DNA from: Myxococcota bacterium
GTDB taxonomy: Bacteria > Myxococcota_A > UBA796 > CAJQPC01
Length of the DNA stretch: 64,000 nucleotides
Assembly (NCBI GenBank): GCA_036229005.1
Contig: JAZAMN010000034.1
Span: 21,729-85,728 of the forward strand
Direction of reading: 5' to 3'
Shown piece after piece: positions 40,131-50,480 of the stretch. The number at the start of each line of letters is the position of its first letter. Position 1 is the first letter of the stretch. The translations under genes were made by a program, and so were the position numbers. The notes under the pieces are model-generated. The model was given only the letters and a program-made list of their open reading frames with translations. It had not been told where the DNA came from and ran no database searches.

Positions 40131-40730
40131 ATGGCTGAGCTGTACTCGCTGCTCCGGCGCGCCCACGAGGGCCCCGAGGCGTTGATCCTGACCAAGCGGC
40201 CCCTGGCCCTGTCCGACCGCCTCGGCGACCGGATCCGGAAGGTGGAGGGACCGATCCTCCTGGTCAGCCCCGACATGGAGGACCCGCTGCCCGCTTGGGC
40301 CGAGACCCGGCAGGGGCGCAAGAACGTGGAGCGCACGACCTGGCGCAGCCTGTCCTCGTTTGCGGCCGGGAGTGCAGAGATCCAGGGCGCGGCGAGCGCC
40401 CTGCGCACGGTCCTGCCCCGAGAGGTGGTGGAGCGCTCTGCTCGACTGGGCCCGGTCCTCCCCCTCCTGCTGGAAGCGCTGGGAGACCACAAGGCGAACC
40501 CGCAGAGCTGGATCTTCCGCACCGACGGCGCTCTGGACGCCAAGCTGGAGGGCCTGAACACGGGCACCGACGAGGCCTTCCGCCTCAAGCTCGCGCCCGA
40601 GGGGCTGACCCGCTGGCCGAGGCTGGACCCGGGCAACCTGCCCTTCGAGGCCCAGTTCGCCAAGCACGCGCAGGTCCTGATCATCCCCTCGGCCGAGGTC
40701 GAGGCCTTCGTGGCCCACCTCAAGGGCTGA
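40131..40730 (+). CDS. Hypothetical protein
   Basis: 199-aa ORF with GGAG SD and gene-like codon pattern, filling the gap between the kinase and the hydrolase. No recognised motif. Confidence 0.6.
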   Translation: MAELYSLLRRAHEGPEALILTKRPLALSDRLGDRIRKVEGPILLVSPDMEDPLPAWAETRQGRKNVERTTWRSLSSFAAGSAEIQGAASALRTVLPREVVERSARLGPVLPLLLEALGDHKANPQSWIFRTDGALDAKLEGLNTGTDEAFRLKLAPEGLTRWPRLDPGNLPFEAQFAKHAQVLIIPSAEVEAFVAHLKG

Positions 40731-40733
40731 GCG

Positions 40734-41342
40734 CTACTCCAGCGACCCCCGGTCCAGGAAGCGCACGGCGAGCTTCTGGGCCTGGGCGTTGGCGATGATG
40801 AAGGTGTGGTTGACGTCGATCACGCGGTGGTGGGCCCCCTCCAGGTGGGTCTCCGCCACGCGCACGGTCCGGTCGTTGTCGCCATCCAGGTACGCCACGT
40901 GCCCCCCATCGTGGCCGACGCCGCCCGCGATGACGGCGATCTCGGCGGGCCCCTGGGGGAGCTCTCGGGGGACGCCGGGCAGCATGGGGGCCAGAGGGTC
41001 CCAGCCCAAGCGGTGGATGGGCAGGAGGTTGCGGAAGATCTCCGCCTTCTGGGCGCCCTGGTTGGGGGGTGCCAGCATCACGACCCGCCGGATGGCCGCC
41101 TTGGGGAGGGTCGCGCGCGCCAGCAGGCCACCGAAGGAGTGGGTCACCAGGTCCACGGGGCCTTGCTGCTCGTGGATCAAGGCGGCGAGCCGGTCCGAGG
41201 CCGCCTCCAGCCCCTCGGTCTGATAGATGAACGTGGGGCTCAGCGTGCGCCGCCCCGTCGCCCGGATCGCGCGCGCCAGGGGCAGCATGGCCAGCCCGGT
41301 GCGCAGGAATCCGTGCAGGAGGATGACGGGGGGTGGACTCAC
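40734..41342 (-). CDS. Alpha/beta hydrolase (lipase/esterase-like)
   Basis: ILLHGF, VTHSFGGLL nucleophile elbow, LAPPNQG, NDRTV, HTF. Confidence 0.85.
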   Translation of the reverse strand: MSPPPVILLHGFLRTGLAMLPLARAIRATGRRTLSPTFIYQTEGLEAASDRLAALIHEQQGPVDLVTHSFGGLLARATLPKAAIRRVVMLAPPNQGAQKAEIFRNLLPIHRLGWDPLAPMLPGVPRELPQGPAEIAVIAGGVGHDGGHVAYLDGDNDRTVRVAETHLEGAHHRVIDVNHTFIIANAQAQKLAVRFLDRGSLE

Positions 41343-43120
41343 AGGGTGCTGAGGACCTCGGCCTTGCCTTCGCCCTCAACCCTGAGCACCAGGATCTGCT
41401 CGGTCAAGGTGGTGGCGAGCAGGGTCACGGCGTCGCCCTTGATGCCGATGATACGGAGGGTCTCGATGTCGTGGTCCGCGACGTTGAACACCTCGGTCGG
41501 GGGCAGGTGCGGCTGAGCCAGGTCCTGCGCCCACACGCCGCAAGCGCCGCCGCGATCGGGGTCCTCCCGGAGCACGAAGGCCCGGGGCTCGCCCTCCACA
41601 AAGGCCAGATCCACCGCGAGCACGACGTCCTTTCGCATGGCGACCCGCTCCTCGGGGCGCTCTCCCGGGTGCAGATGCGCGAAGGTCAGGCCCTTCTTTC
41701 CGCGAGGCAGCCAGGACAGGAGCAGCTCGTCCCCGTGGCACGCCGCGCTGGCCCCCCGAAGGCCGAAGTCGGCGGGCGCCTGATAGGGAGCGCCCAGGCC
41801 GCTGTCGCTGATCTGGTGGATCGCCCCACCGCGGGTGAGCAGCACGGGCTGCAGCCCACCGAGCAGGCCCCTGGCGGTGGTGACCTTGAGCGTGAGCACC
41901 GGGACGATGCCCTGCTCAGGATCCACGTCCAGGATGTGCAGGCTGGGGCCGCGCCGGCCGATCCCGACGATGCGCAGGCGCTCGCCGCCCAGGAACATGG
42001 GCCGAACAGCGGGCTCGAAGCCCAGCGGCATGCTCTGGCCCACCCGCGCCCCGTCCGCGCCGACCCAGGTCACGTGCAGCTCCACGCCGGTCGTGCGCTC
42101 CAGGAGCACCACGGCGGCGAAGCCCTCGCCCAGGTCCACGACCTCACGGGCCAGGCTGAACTCCGCGGGCGCTCCAAGCGCGGGTGCTTCTCCCTCGAAG
42201 GCCTCACCCTCGCCCATCACGACCATGCGGTTGGCCAGGGTGTTGGCGTCCTCCTCGTTCTCCCAGAGCAGCGCGACCTTGCCGCTGTTGACGGCGCCGC
42301 GCAGGTCCTCGACCACGATCTGCAGCGGGGCGTCCGGGAGCTCGCGAACCTGCTCCTCCGGGACCTCCACGCCAGCGTCCGTGCGGGCGCCGTGCAGATC
42401 GGCGTCCTCCAGCCGGCAGCCCTCATGGGTGGCCTCGGTCAGGTCCGCCTCGCGGAAGCTCGCCCCTGCCACCTGGGCGTGATCCAGGGCGGCAGCGGTG
42501 AGATCCGCCTTGGACAGGTCCGCCCCCGTCAGCTTGGAGCGCGTGAAGCTCACGTTCGCCGCCCGCGCTTGCGTGAAGCGGGCGTTCTCCAGGCTGCAGT
42601 TCTCCATCGCCGCGCCGGTCAGCGTGGCCTCGGTGAAGTCCGCGTTCTCCAGGTAGCTGCCCGAGAAGTCCGCGTTCTCCAGCTTTGCCTCCAGAAAGCG
42701 CGCGCCGGTGAGCTTGCACTCCTTGAGCTCCGCCTGACGCAGCTTGGCGCGATCGAACACGGCCCCAGGTCCGTCGCTCTTGGTCAGCACGGCCTCGCTC
42801 AGGTTCGCTCCCGAGAAGTCCGCGCCGTCCAGGTCGGCCTCGTCGATGTAGGCCCCCCGCAACCGGGCCTGGACCAGCACCGCCTTCTGGAGCTTGCACT
42901 CGGTCATGTCCGCCCCGTCCAGGCGGGCCCGCGCCAGGTTCACCCCGCGTAGATCCGTCTCGCAGAGGTCGGCCTTCTCAAGGTTCGCTCCGTTGAGATC
43001 CGCCCCCCGCAGGTCCAGCCCGGACAGGTCCGCGGCGAACAGATCGGGCGCGTTGTGCACACCCCGGGTGTTGTTGAACTCCTCGATCTTTCCGGCCTGC
43101 AGCAGCTCAAGCAAGGACAC
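41339..43120 (-). CDS. Pentapeptide-repeat protein with an uncharacterised C-terminal domain
   Basis: A(D/N)(L/F)xx repeats over the first ~240 aa, then ~340 aa of beta-rich sequence. AGGAG SD. Confidence 0.85.
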   Translation of the reverse strand: MSLLELLQAGKIEEFNNTRGVHNAPDLFAADLSGLDLRGADLNGANLEKADLCETDLRGVNLARARLDGADMTECKLQKAVLVQARLRGAYIDEADLDGADFSGANLSEAVLTKSDGPGAVFDRAKLRQAELKECKLTGARFLEAKLENADFSGSYLENADFTEATLTGAAMENCSLENARFTQARAANVSFTRSKLTGADLSKADLTAAALDHAQVAGASFREADLTEATHEGCRLEDADLHGARTDAGVEVPEEQVRELPDAPLQIVVEDLRGAVNSGKVALLWENEEDANTLANRMVVMGEGEAFEGEAPALGAPAEFSLAREVVDLGEGFAAVVLLERTTGVELHVTWVGADGARVGQSMPLGFEPAVRPMFLGGERLRIVGIGRRGPSLHILDVDPEQGIVPVLTLKVTTARGLLGGLQPVLLTRGGAIHQISDSGLGAPYQAPADFGLRGASAACHGDELLLSWLPRGKKGLTFAHLHPGERPEERVAMRKDVVLAVDLAFVEGEPRAFVLREDPDRGGACGVWAQDLAQPHLPPTEVFNVADHDIETLRIIGIKGDAVTLLATTLTEQILVLRVEGEGKAEVLSTL

Positions 43121-43277
43121 AGGGGCACTCCTGGTGCGGTGCGATGGGAAAAGGGCCCCCGCTACTAATGGCCCCCCAGCCGCCGCGGCAACCCTGCCTT
43201 GGCCCCCATCGTTGGTCAGCCGGGTGCCGCCGCGCTAGGGCTTAGTCCCCTGTCCGAGACACGACCCTGGAGGCTGT

Positions 43278-44270
43278 GTGAGTGAGTTGCCCAAGGAGAG
43301 CGGACTTCCCCCTCTCGACGCCGACGTCATGCGCAAGCTGTATCGGGAGATGCTCCTGATCCGCCGCGTGGAAGAGCTGGCCGCCAAGGCCTACACGATG
43401 CGCAAGATCCTCGGCTTCTGCCACCTCTACATCGGCCAGGAGTCGGTGGCTGTGGGTGCGGCCGCCGCGAGCGGCTCAGACTACTGGATCACCGCCTACC
43501 GTGAGCATGGCCACGCACTCGCCAAGGGCATGTCCGCACGCGAGGTCATGGCGGAGCTCTTCGGCAAGGCCACCGGTGGCTCCCGCGGCCTGGGTGGCTC
43601 CATGCACCTCTTCGACCCCGAGGCCGACTTCATGGGCGGCTACGGCATCGTCGGCGCCCACCCCGCCCTGGCAAACGGCGTGGGCTGGGCCATCAAGCAG
43701 CGCAAGGAGAACCGCGTCTGCGTGACCTTCTTCGGTGACGGCGCCGCCAACCAGGGCGTCTTCTTCGAGGCGCTGGCCCTGGCGCAGCTCTACAAGCTCC
43801 CCGTGGTGTTCATCTGCGAGAACAACGCCTACGCCATGGGCACCAGCATCGAGCGCAGCTCCTACCTCACCGACATGAGCCGCCGCGCCGACGGCGTGGG
43901 CATGATGCGGGACCAGCTCTCCGGCTTCGACGTGGTCGAGGTCCGGGAGCGCGTCGGCCGCGCCGTCCGCTACGCCCGCGAGGGCAACGGTCCCGTGCTG
44001 ATGGAGATCGCGACCTACCGCTACCGCGGGCACTCCATGTCCGACCCCGCCAAGTACCGCTCCAAGGACGAGGTCAAGGACATCAAGGACAACAGCGACT
44101 GCCTGCTGCTGGCCGAGCGCCGCCTGCGCGATGAGTTCGGCGTCGGTGACGAGGAGATCGCCGCCATCCGCGCCTCCGTCGACGAGGAAGCGCAGGACGC
44201 CTGGGACTTCGCCGAGGAGAGCCCCGAGCCCTCCCTCGACACCCTCTACGACCACGTCTACGCCCCCTAG
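43278..44270 (+). CDS. pdhA: Pyruvate dehydrogenase E1 alpha
   Basis: GFCHLYIGQE, YREHG, GGSMH, GDGA...ENN TPP motif, YRYRGHSMSDP. Confidence 0.96.
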   Translation: MSELPKESGLPPLDADVMRKLYREMLLIRRVEELAAKAYTMRKILGFCHLYIGQESVAVGAAAASGSDYWITAYREHGHALAKGMSAREVMAELFGKATGGSRGLGGSMHLFDPEADFMGGYGIVGAHPALANGVGWAIKQRKENRVCVTFFGDGAANQGVFFEALALAQLYKLPVVFICENNAYAMGTSIERSSYLTDMSRRADGVGMMRDQLSGFDVVEVRERVGRAVRYAREGNGPVLMEIATYRYRGHSMSDPAKYRSKDEVKDIKDNSDCLLLAERRLRDEFGVGDEEIAAIRASVDEEAQDAWDFAEESPEPSLDTLYDHVYAP

Positions 44271-44279
44271 GAGCCCCCA

Positions 44280-45260
44280 ATGGCAATGCTTCAGATCCGC
44301 GAGGCCCTCCGCCGGGCCATGAGCGAAGAGATGCGCCGCGACGAGAGCATCTTCCTGATGGGCGAAGAGGTCGCCCAGTACAACGGCGCCTACAAGGTCA
44401 GCCAGGGCATGCTCGAAGAGTTCGGCCCCGACCGCGTCGTCGACACCCCCATCTCCGAGGGCGGCTTCGCGGGCCTCGGCATCGGCGCGGCGATGGTGGG
44501 CATGCGCCCCATCATCGAGTTCATGACCTGGAACTTCTCGCTGGTCGCCTATGACCAGCTCATCAACCACGCCGCCAAGATCTACCAGATGAGCGCCGGC
44601 CGCTACCAGGTGCCCATCGTCTTCCGCGGAGCCAACGGCGCCGCCGAGAACCTGGCCGCCCAGCACAGCACCAGCGTCGACAGCCTCTACGCCCACTTCC
44701 CGGGCCTCAAGGTCGTCACCTACGCCACCGCCCACGACGCCTACGGCCTGCTCAAGAGCGCCATCCGCGACAACAACCCCGTCATCTTCCTGGAGAGCGA
44801 GATGACCTACGGGGTCAAGGGCGAGGTCCCGGACGAAGAGTTCGTCATCCCCCTGGGCAAGGCCGACGTCAAGAAGGTCGGCTCCGACGTCTCGATCATC
44901 ACCTGGGGCAAGCAGGTCTTCAACTGCCAGACCGCCATCGAAGAGCTCGAGTCCCAGGGCATCTCCTGCGAGCTGGTGGATCTGCGCTCCCTGCGTCCGC
45001 TGGACCACGAGACCCTCTTCACCTCCGCCGCCAAGACCGGCCGCGTCGTCGTCGTCCAGGAAGGCCACGTCTACGCGGGCGTCGGCGCCGAGATCGCCGC
45101 CCGGGTGCAGGAGCACTGCTTTGACTACCTGGACGCCCCCGTCATGCGCGTGACCAACCGCGACGTCCCCCAGCCCTACGCCACCGTGCTGGAGCGAGAG
45201 GTCGTCCCCAACCCCAAGCGCATCGCCGACGCCGTGCGCCAGATCATGGGCAGGAGCTGA
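44280..45260 (+). CDS. pdhB: Pyruvate dehydrogenase E1 beta
   Basis: GEEVAQYNGAYKVS, DTPISE, EFMTWNF, AAQHS, DLRSLRPLD. Confidence 0.96.
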   Translation: MAMLQIREALRRAMSEEMRRDESIFLMGEEVAQYNGAYKVSQGMLEEFGPDRVVDTPISEGGFAGLGIGAAMVGMRPIIEFMTWNFSLVAYDQLINHAAKIYQMSAGRYQVPIVFRGANGAAENLAAQHSTSVDSLYAHFPGLKVVTYATAHDAYGLLKSAIRDNNPVIFLESEMTYGVKGEVPDEEFVIPLGKADVKKVGSDVSIITWGKQVFNCQTAIEELESQGISCELVDLRSLRPLDHETLFTSAAKTGRVVVVQEGHVYAGVGAEIAARVQEHCFDYLDAPVMRVTNRDVPQPYATVLEREVVPNPKRIADAVRQIMGRS

Positions 45261-45263
45261 GAC

Positions 45264-46603
45264 ATGGCTGAGTTTCTCGAGATGCCCCAGGCCACACCGA
45301 CCATGGAGGTCGGGACCCTGGCCGAGTGGAAGGTCACCGAGGGCACCGCCCTCAACCCCCAGGACGTCATCGCCGTCGTGGAGACCGACAAGGCCGCCAT
45401 GGACGTCGAGGTCTTCGACAAGGTCGTCCTGCTCAAGCTCCTCTGCGAAGAGGGCGACGAGGTCGCCGCCGGCTTCCCCATCGCGATCATCGGTCAACAG
45501 GGGGAGGACATCAGCGCCCTGCTGGATCAGTTCTCCACCATGAAGGCCTCTGGGCCCGCCCCCTCCTCTGCACCCGCCCCCGCAAACGAGGACACACCGG
45601 CGCCCGCCAAGCCCGCTGCCGCTCCGGCCAAGGCCCCCGCCCCCAAGCCCGCCGCCGCCCCCGTGCAGGCCGGCTGGACCGGCCCCACCTACGCCGGGAA
45701 GGACCTGGACTCCAGCCTCATGGAGACCTGGGGCAGCTTCCACGTCGAGGGTCCCCGCGTCCGCATCAGCCCCCTGGCCCGCAAGCTCGCGGAGTCCAAG
45801 GGCATCGACCCCGCGACCATCCAGGGCTCCGGCCCCAACGGCCGCATCGTCAAGGCCGACGTGGAATCCCACAAGGCGCCCGCCGCGGCCAGCGTCGGGC
45901 TCCCCGCCCCGCGCGCCGACGAGAAGGTCCGCAACTCCAAGATGCGCAAGGTCATCGCCGAGCGCCTCAAGGAGTCCTACCTGGACGCGCCGGTCTTCTT
46001 CCTGACCGCCAACCTGGACTGCGATCGGCTCGTCGCCTTCCGCAAGGACCTGAACGCCCAGCTCGCCGACTCCGGGGTCAAGGTCTCCTACAACGACCTC
46101 ACCGTCGCCGCCGTGGCCAAGGCCCTGCGCGATGTCCCCGCGGTCAACGCCACCTGGGGCGAAGACGCCATCACCCGCCTCGGCTCCGTGGACGTAGGCG
46201 TCGCCGTCGCTCTGCCTGACGGCCTCATCACCCCCGTGATCCGCCAGGCCGACCGCAAGTCCCTGCCCCAGCTCGCCGCCGAGACCCGCGATCTGGTGTC
46301 CCGGGCCCGCGAGCGCAAGCTGGACGCCAGCGAGTACAGCGGCGCGAGCTTCTCCGTGTCCAACCTGGGCATGATGCAGATCGAGTCCTTCACCGCCATC
46401 ATCAACCCGCCGGGCTCCGGCATCCTGGCCGTCGGCGCCCTCCAGCAGGAGCCCGTGGTGAAGGACGGCCAGCTCGCCGTCGGGTGGCGCATGCGCGTGA
46501 CCATGACCTGCGACCACCGCGTCATCGACGGCGCCCTGGGCGCGGAGTTCCTGCAGGCCGTGCGCGGCTACATCGAGAACCCCCTGCGCATCACGGTGCT
46601 CTG

Positions 46604-46604
<1 letters not shown>
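45264..46604 (+). CDS. pdhC: Pyruvate dehydrogenase E2 dihydrolipoamide acetyltransferase
   Basis: VETDKA lipoyl lysine, Ala/Pro linker, SPLARKLA...GSGPNGRI PSBD, DHRVIDG catalytic motif. Confidence 0.94.
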
Positions 46605-47966
<1,362 letters not shown>

Positions 47967-47986
<20 letters not shown>

Positions 47987-48434
47987 GGGCCAGCCATCTG
48001 GGTCCCAGCCCTCCGGAGCCCCCTTCACGCACCGCCTGCAGGTGTGCTTCGGAGACTGTGACCCGGCGGGCATCGCCTTCTACCCCAGCTACTTCCGCTG
48101 GTTCGACGCCGCGATGAACGCCCTGATGTTCAAGACCTTCGGGAGCTTCCAGGGGGTGCGTGAGCGCCTGGACACCATCGGCACCGGCCTGATGGAGGCC
48201 GGCGCCCGCTTCCACTCCCCCGTCGAGCCCGGCGACTGGCTGGAGCTGCAGCTCCGCATCACCGACATCCAGCGCCGCAGCTTCCGCGCCGAGTACCTGG
48301 GCACCTGCGATGGCCGCAAGGTGGTCACCGGCTTCGAGGTGCGGGGCGTCTTCCGACGCGAGGGCGGCCGGGTGCGCGCCGGGAGCACGGACACCCTGGC
48401 CCAGGCATTCCGCGAGGCGGGCCTCTACGCCTGA
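47967..48434 (+). CDS. Hot-dog fold acyl-CoA thioesterase (4-HBA-CoA/YbgC family)
   Basis: FGDCDPAGIAFYPSYFRWFD, F.SP...GD.L. Start uncertain. Confidence 0.8.
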
Positions 48435-48460
48435 GCCTTCAAGGTCCACAAGTCCCGGGC

Positions 48461-49702
48461 CTACTCCTCGTCCACCACCAGAACCCGCCGCGTGTCCGTC
48501 CAGGACTGCCCGTCCAGGCTCGCGCTGACCCGCAGGATCAGCTCCTGCCCAACGACCTCGCTCGGCGCCTCAATATCCATCACGACGCGGTCTCCCAGGC
48601 GTATCCAGCCCTCCTCGGCCTCCAGGACGTTCCCTCCCACCAGCGTCGCCTGGGTCACGAAGCTCAGCAGCTCGCCCTCCGTGTCGACCGCGTCGTAGAC
48701 GAGCTGGACCCCATCGGGACCGAAGCCGTCGAACCACAGCGCAGTGTCCACGTGCCACCCACCCTGCGGGCCCGCCACCAGCTCGACGGTGTCACCCTCT
48801 TCCAGCGGCGCCCAGCTCTCGGTCCCCGTACCGAGGCTCACCTGGGGCTCACCGAATACGCCTGCGGAGTCACCGGGCCGCTGCGCGAGCGGCTCTCCCA
48901 AGAAGAAGTCCGCCGAAGAGTCATCGCTGTCCTGCCAGACGCCGTCCAACTGCAGCCGATGCAGCGAGGTGCCACTGTACGGCCCATCGGCCCAGGCTGC
49001 CCCCCGGTCCACGCTGTCCGGCAGCCGCTTGAAGGCCAGCGAGTCCCCGTCCATCACGGTGTCCACGCCATCCCAGACCCCGTCGGTGGCAACGCTGGGC
49101 AGCACCCCGTAGGGCGTGTCCGGGAAGTCCTCCAGCGGCGTGTCGGCGTCCAGGAGCACCACGCTGGGCCCAAACACGGTCATCAGCCAGTCGTAGCCTC
49201 CGTTGTAGACCAGCGAATCCAGGTTCTCGACCGTCGGCGAGTCCTGATCTTGAGGGGAGTCTGCGACGAAGGCCTCAAAGTCCGCGCCGGACAGGTCCAC
49301 CGCCGAGAAGGGGCGGTGGTTGGCGCCATCCTGGGCGATCACCAGGGTCTCTCCGGGGGCCAGCTCGGCGAAGGGGATCTCCCAGACCGAGAGCAGCACC
49401 ACCTGATCCGGGTGGCTCTCGCGGTAGCTGTCCGGCGTCATCCCGGCGTTGATCGCCCCCGCCGCGCCGAACACATCCGCGATGCGCAGCCCCTCCAGCT
49501 CCAGGGTGTCCTCGCTGGCGTTCACCAGCTCGATGAACTGGTCGGAGTAGTAGTGATCTGCGCCGCCGGCCTCGGGGGCGCCCGTTGTGTAGAGCTGCGC
49601 GACCAGCAGGTCCCCCTCCTCTGCAGGACGGGGAGGGCCAGCGGTCTCTTGGGCAGGCTCGGAGCAGGCGCTCAGCGCGAACACGGAAGCGATCAAGACC
49701 AC
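48461..49702 (-). CDS. Acidic lipoprotein with lamin-tail/DUF4876-like domain
   Basis: AGGAGG SD before GTG 49702, lipobox FALSAC, DQFIELVN, LAPGE..VIA, KRLPDSVD.G, DSDDSSADF. Confidence 0.65.
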   Translation of the reverse strand: MVLIASVFALSACSEPAQETAGPPRPAEEGDLLVAQLYTTGAPEAGGADHYYSDQFIELVNASEDTLELEGLRIADVFGAAGAINAGMTPDSYRESHPDQVVLLSVWEIPFAELAPGETLVIAQDGANHRPFSAVDLSGADFEAFVADSPQDQDSPTVENLDSLVYNGGYDWLMTVFGPSVVLLDADTPLEDFPDTPYGVLPSVATDGVWDGVDTVMDGDSLAFKRLPDSVDRGAAWADGPYSGTSLHRLQLDGVWQDSDDSSADFFLGEPLAQRPGDSAGVFGEPQVSLGTGTESWAPLEEGDTVELVAGPQGGWHVDTALWFDGFGPDGVQLVYDAVDTEGELLSFVTQATLVGGNVLEAEEGWIRLGDRVVMDIEAPSEVVGQELILRVSASLDGQSWTDTRRVLVVDEE

Positions 49703-49788
49703 AGCGGCCTCCTGGGCAGGCAAAGTCCGTGCGCCGACTAATCCCTCAGCCCATTATCGCAACCCAGTCTCATCTAAGAAGAACGAGA

Positions 49789-50478
49789 TCAGCCCACCCG
49801 CAGGCTCAGCTCCCCAACTCCCAAAATCCCGGCCCGCACGCGCCCACCCTCCGGGATGGGCCCGACCCCACTGGGCGTCCCGGTGAGAACGAGGTCACCC
49901 GCCCGCAGGGTCACATAGGTGGACAGCTCGGCCAGCAGCTCCGGCACGCTCCAGATCTGGTCGGCCAGGTCGCCCTCCTGCCGCAGCTCCCCGTCCACCT
50001 CCAGCCAGATCCGGCCGGCGCTGGGGTGCCCGATCTGGTCGACCGGGTGCAGCAGACCCACCGGCGCCGACAGGTCAAAGCCCTTGGCCATGTCCCAAGG
50101 GCGCCGCCGCTCCTTGGCTACCCGCTGCAGGTCCCGGCGGGTGAGATCCAGGGCCACCCCGTAGCCGAAGATCATGCCGGTGAACTCGCCGGCGTACAGG
50201 TCGCTGCCCCCTGCCCGCAGGGCGACGGCCAGCTCGACCTCGTGGTGCAGGTCCCCAGTCCGGACGGGGAAAGGCATCTCCCCCTCCCCCTCCACAGACC
50301 AGGCTGCGTCCGCCGGCTTGGTGAAGAACATCGGCGGCTCGCGGCTGGGATCTCCGCCCATCTCGCGGGCGTGCGCGGCGTAGTTGCGGCCCACACAGAA
50401 CACGCGTCGGACGGGGAAGCGGCCCCCGCCAGACACGGCCAGGGTGGGGATCTCGGGCGCAGGGATGACGAGGGACAT
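49789..50478 (-). CDS. Fumarylacetoacetate hydrolase family protein
   Basis: VFCVGRNYAAHAREMG, FFTKP, LHHEVEL, LDLTRRDLQ, KGFD.SAP, GDL..TGTP.GVG. Confidence 0.9.
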   Translation of the reverse strand: MSLVIPAPEIPTLAVSGGGRFPVRRVFCVGRNYAAHAREMGGDPSREPPMFFTKPADAAWSVEGEGEMPFPVRTGDLHHEVELAVALRAGGSDLYAGEFTGMIFGYGVALDLTRRDLQRVAKERRRPWDMAKGFDLSAPVGLLHPVDQIGHPSAGRIWLEVDGELRQEGDLADQIWSVPELLAELSTYVTLRAGDLVLTGTPSGVGPIPEGGRVRAGILGVGELSLRVG

Positions 50479-50480
50479 GT

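Noticed and set aside
42380..43050. DNA-level tandem repeats such as AAGTCCGCGTTCTCCAG
   Set aside because: Explained by pentapeptide protein repeats.
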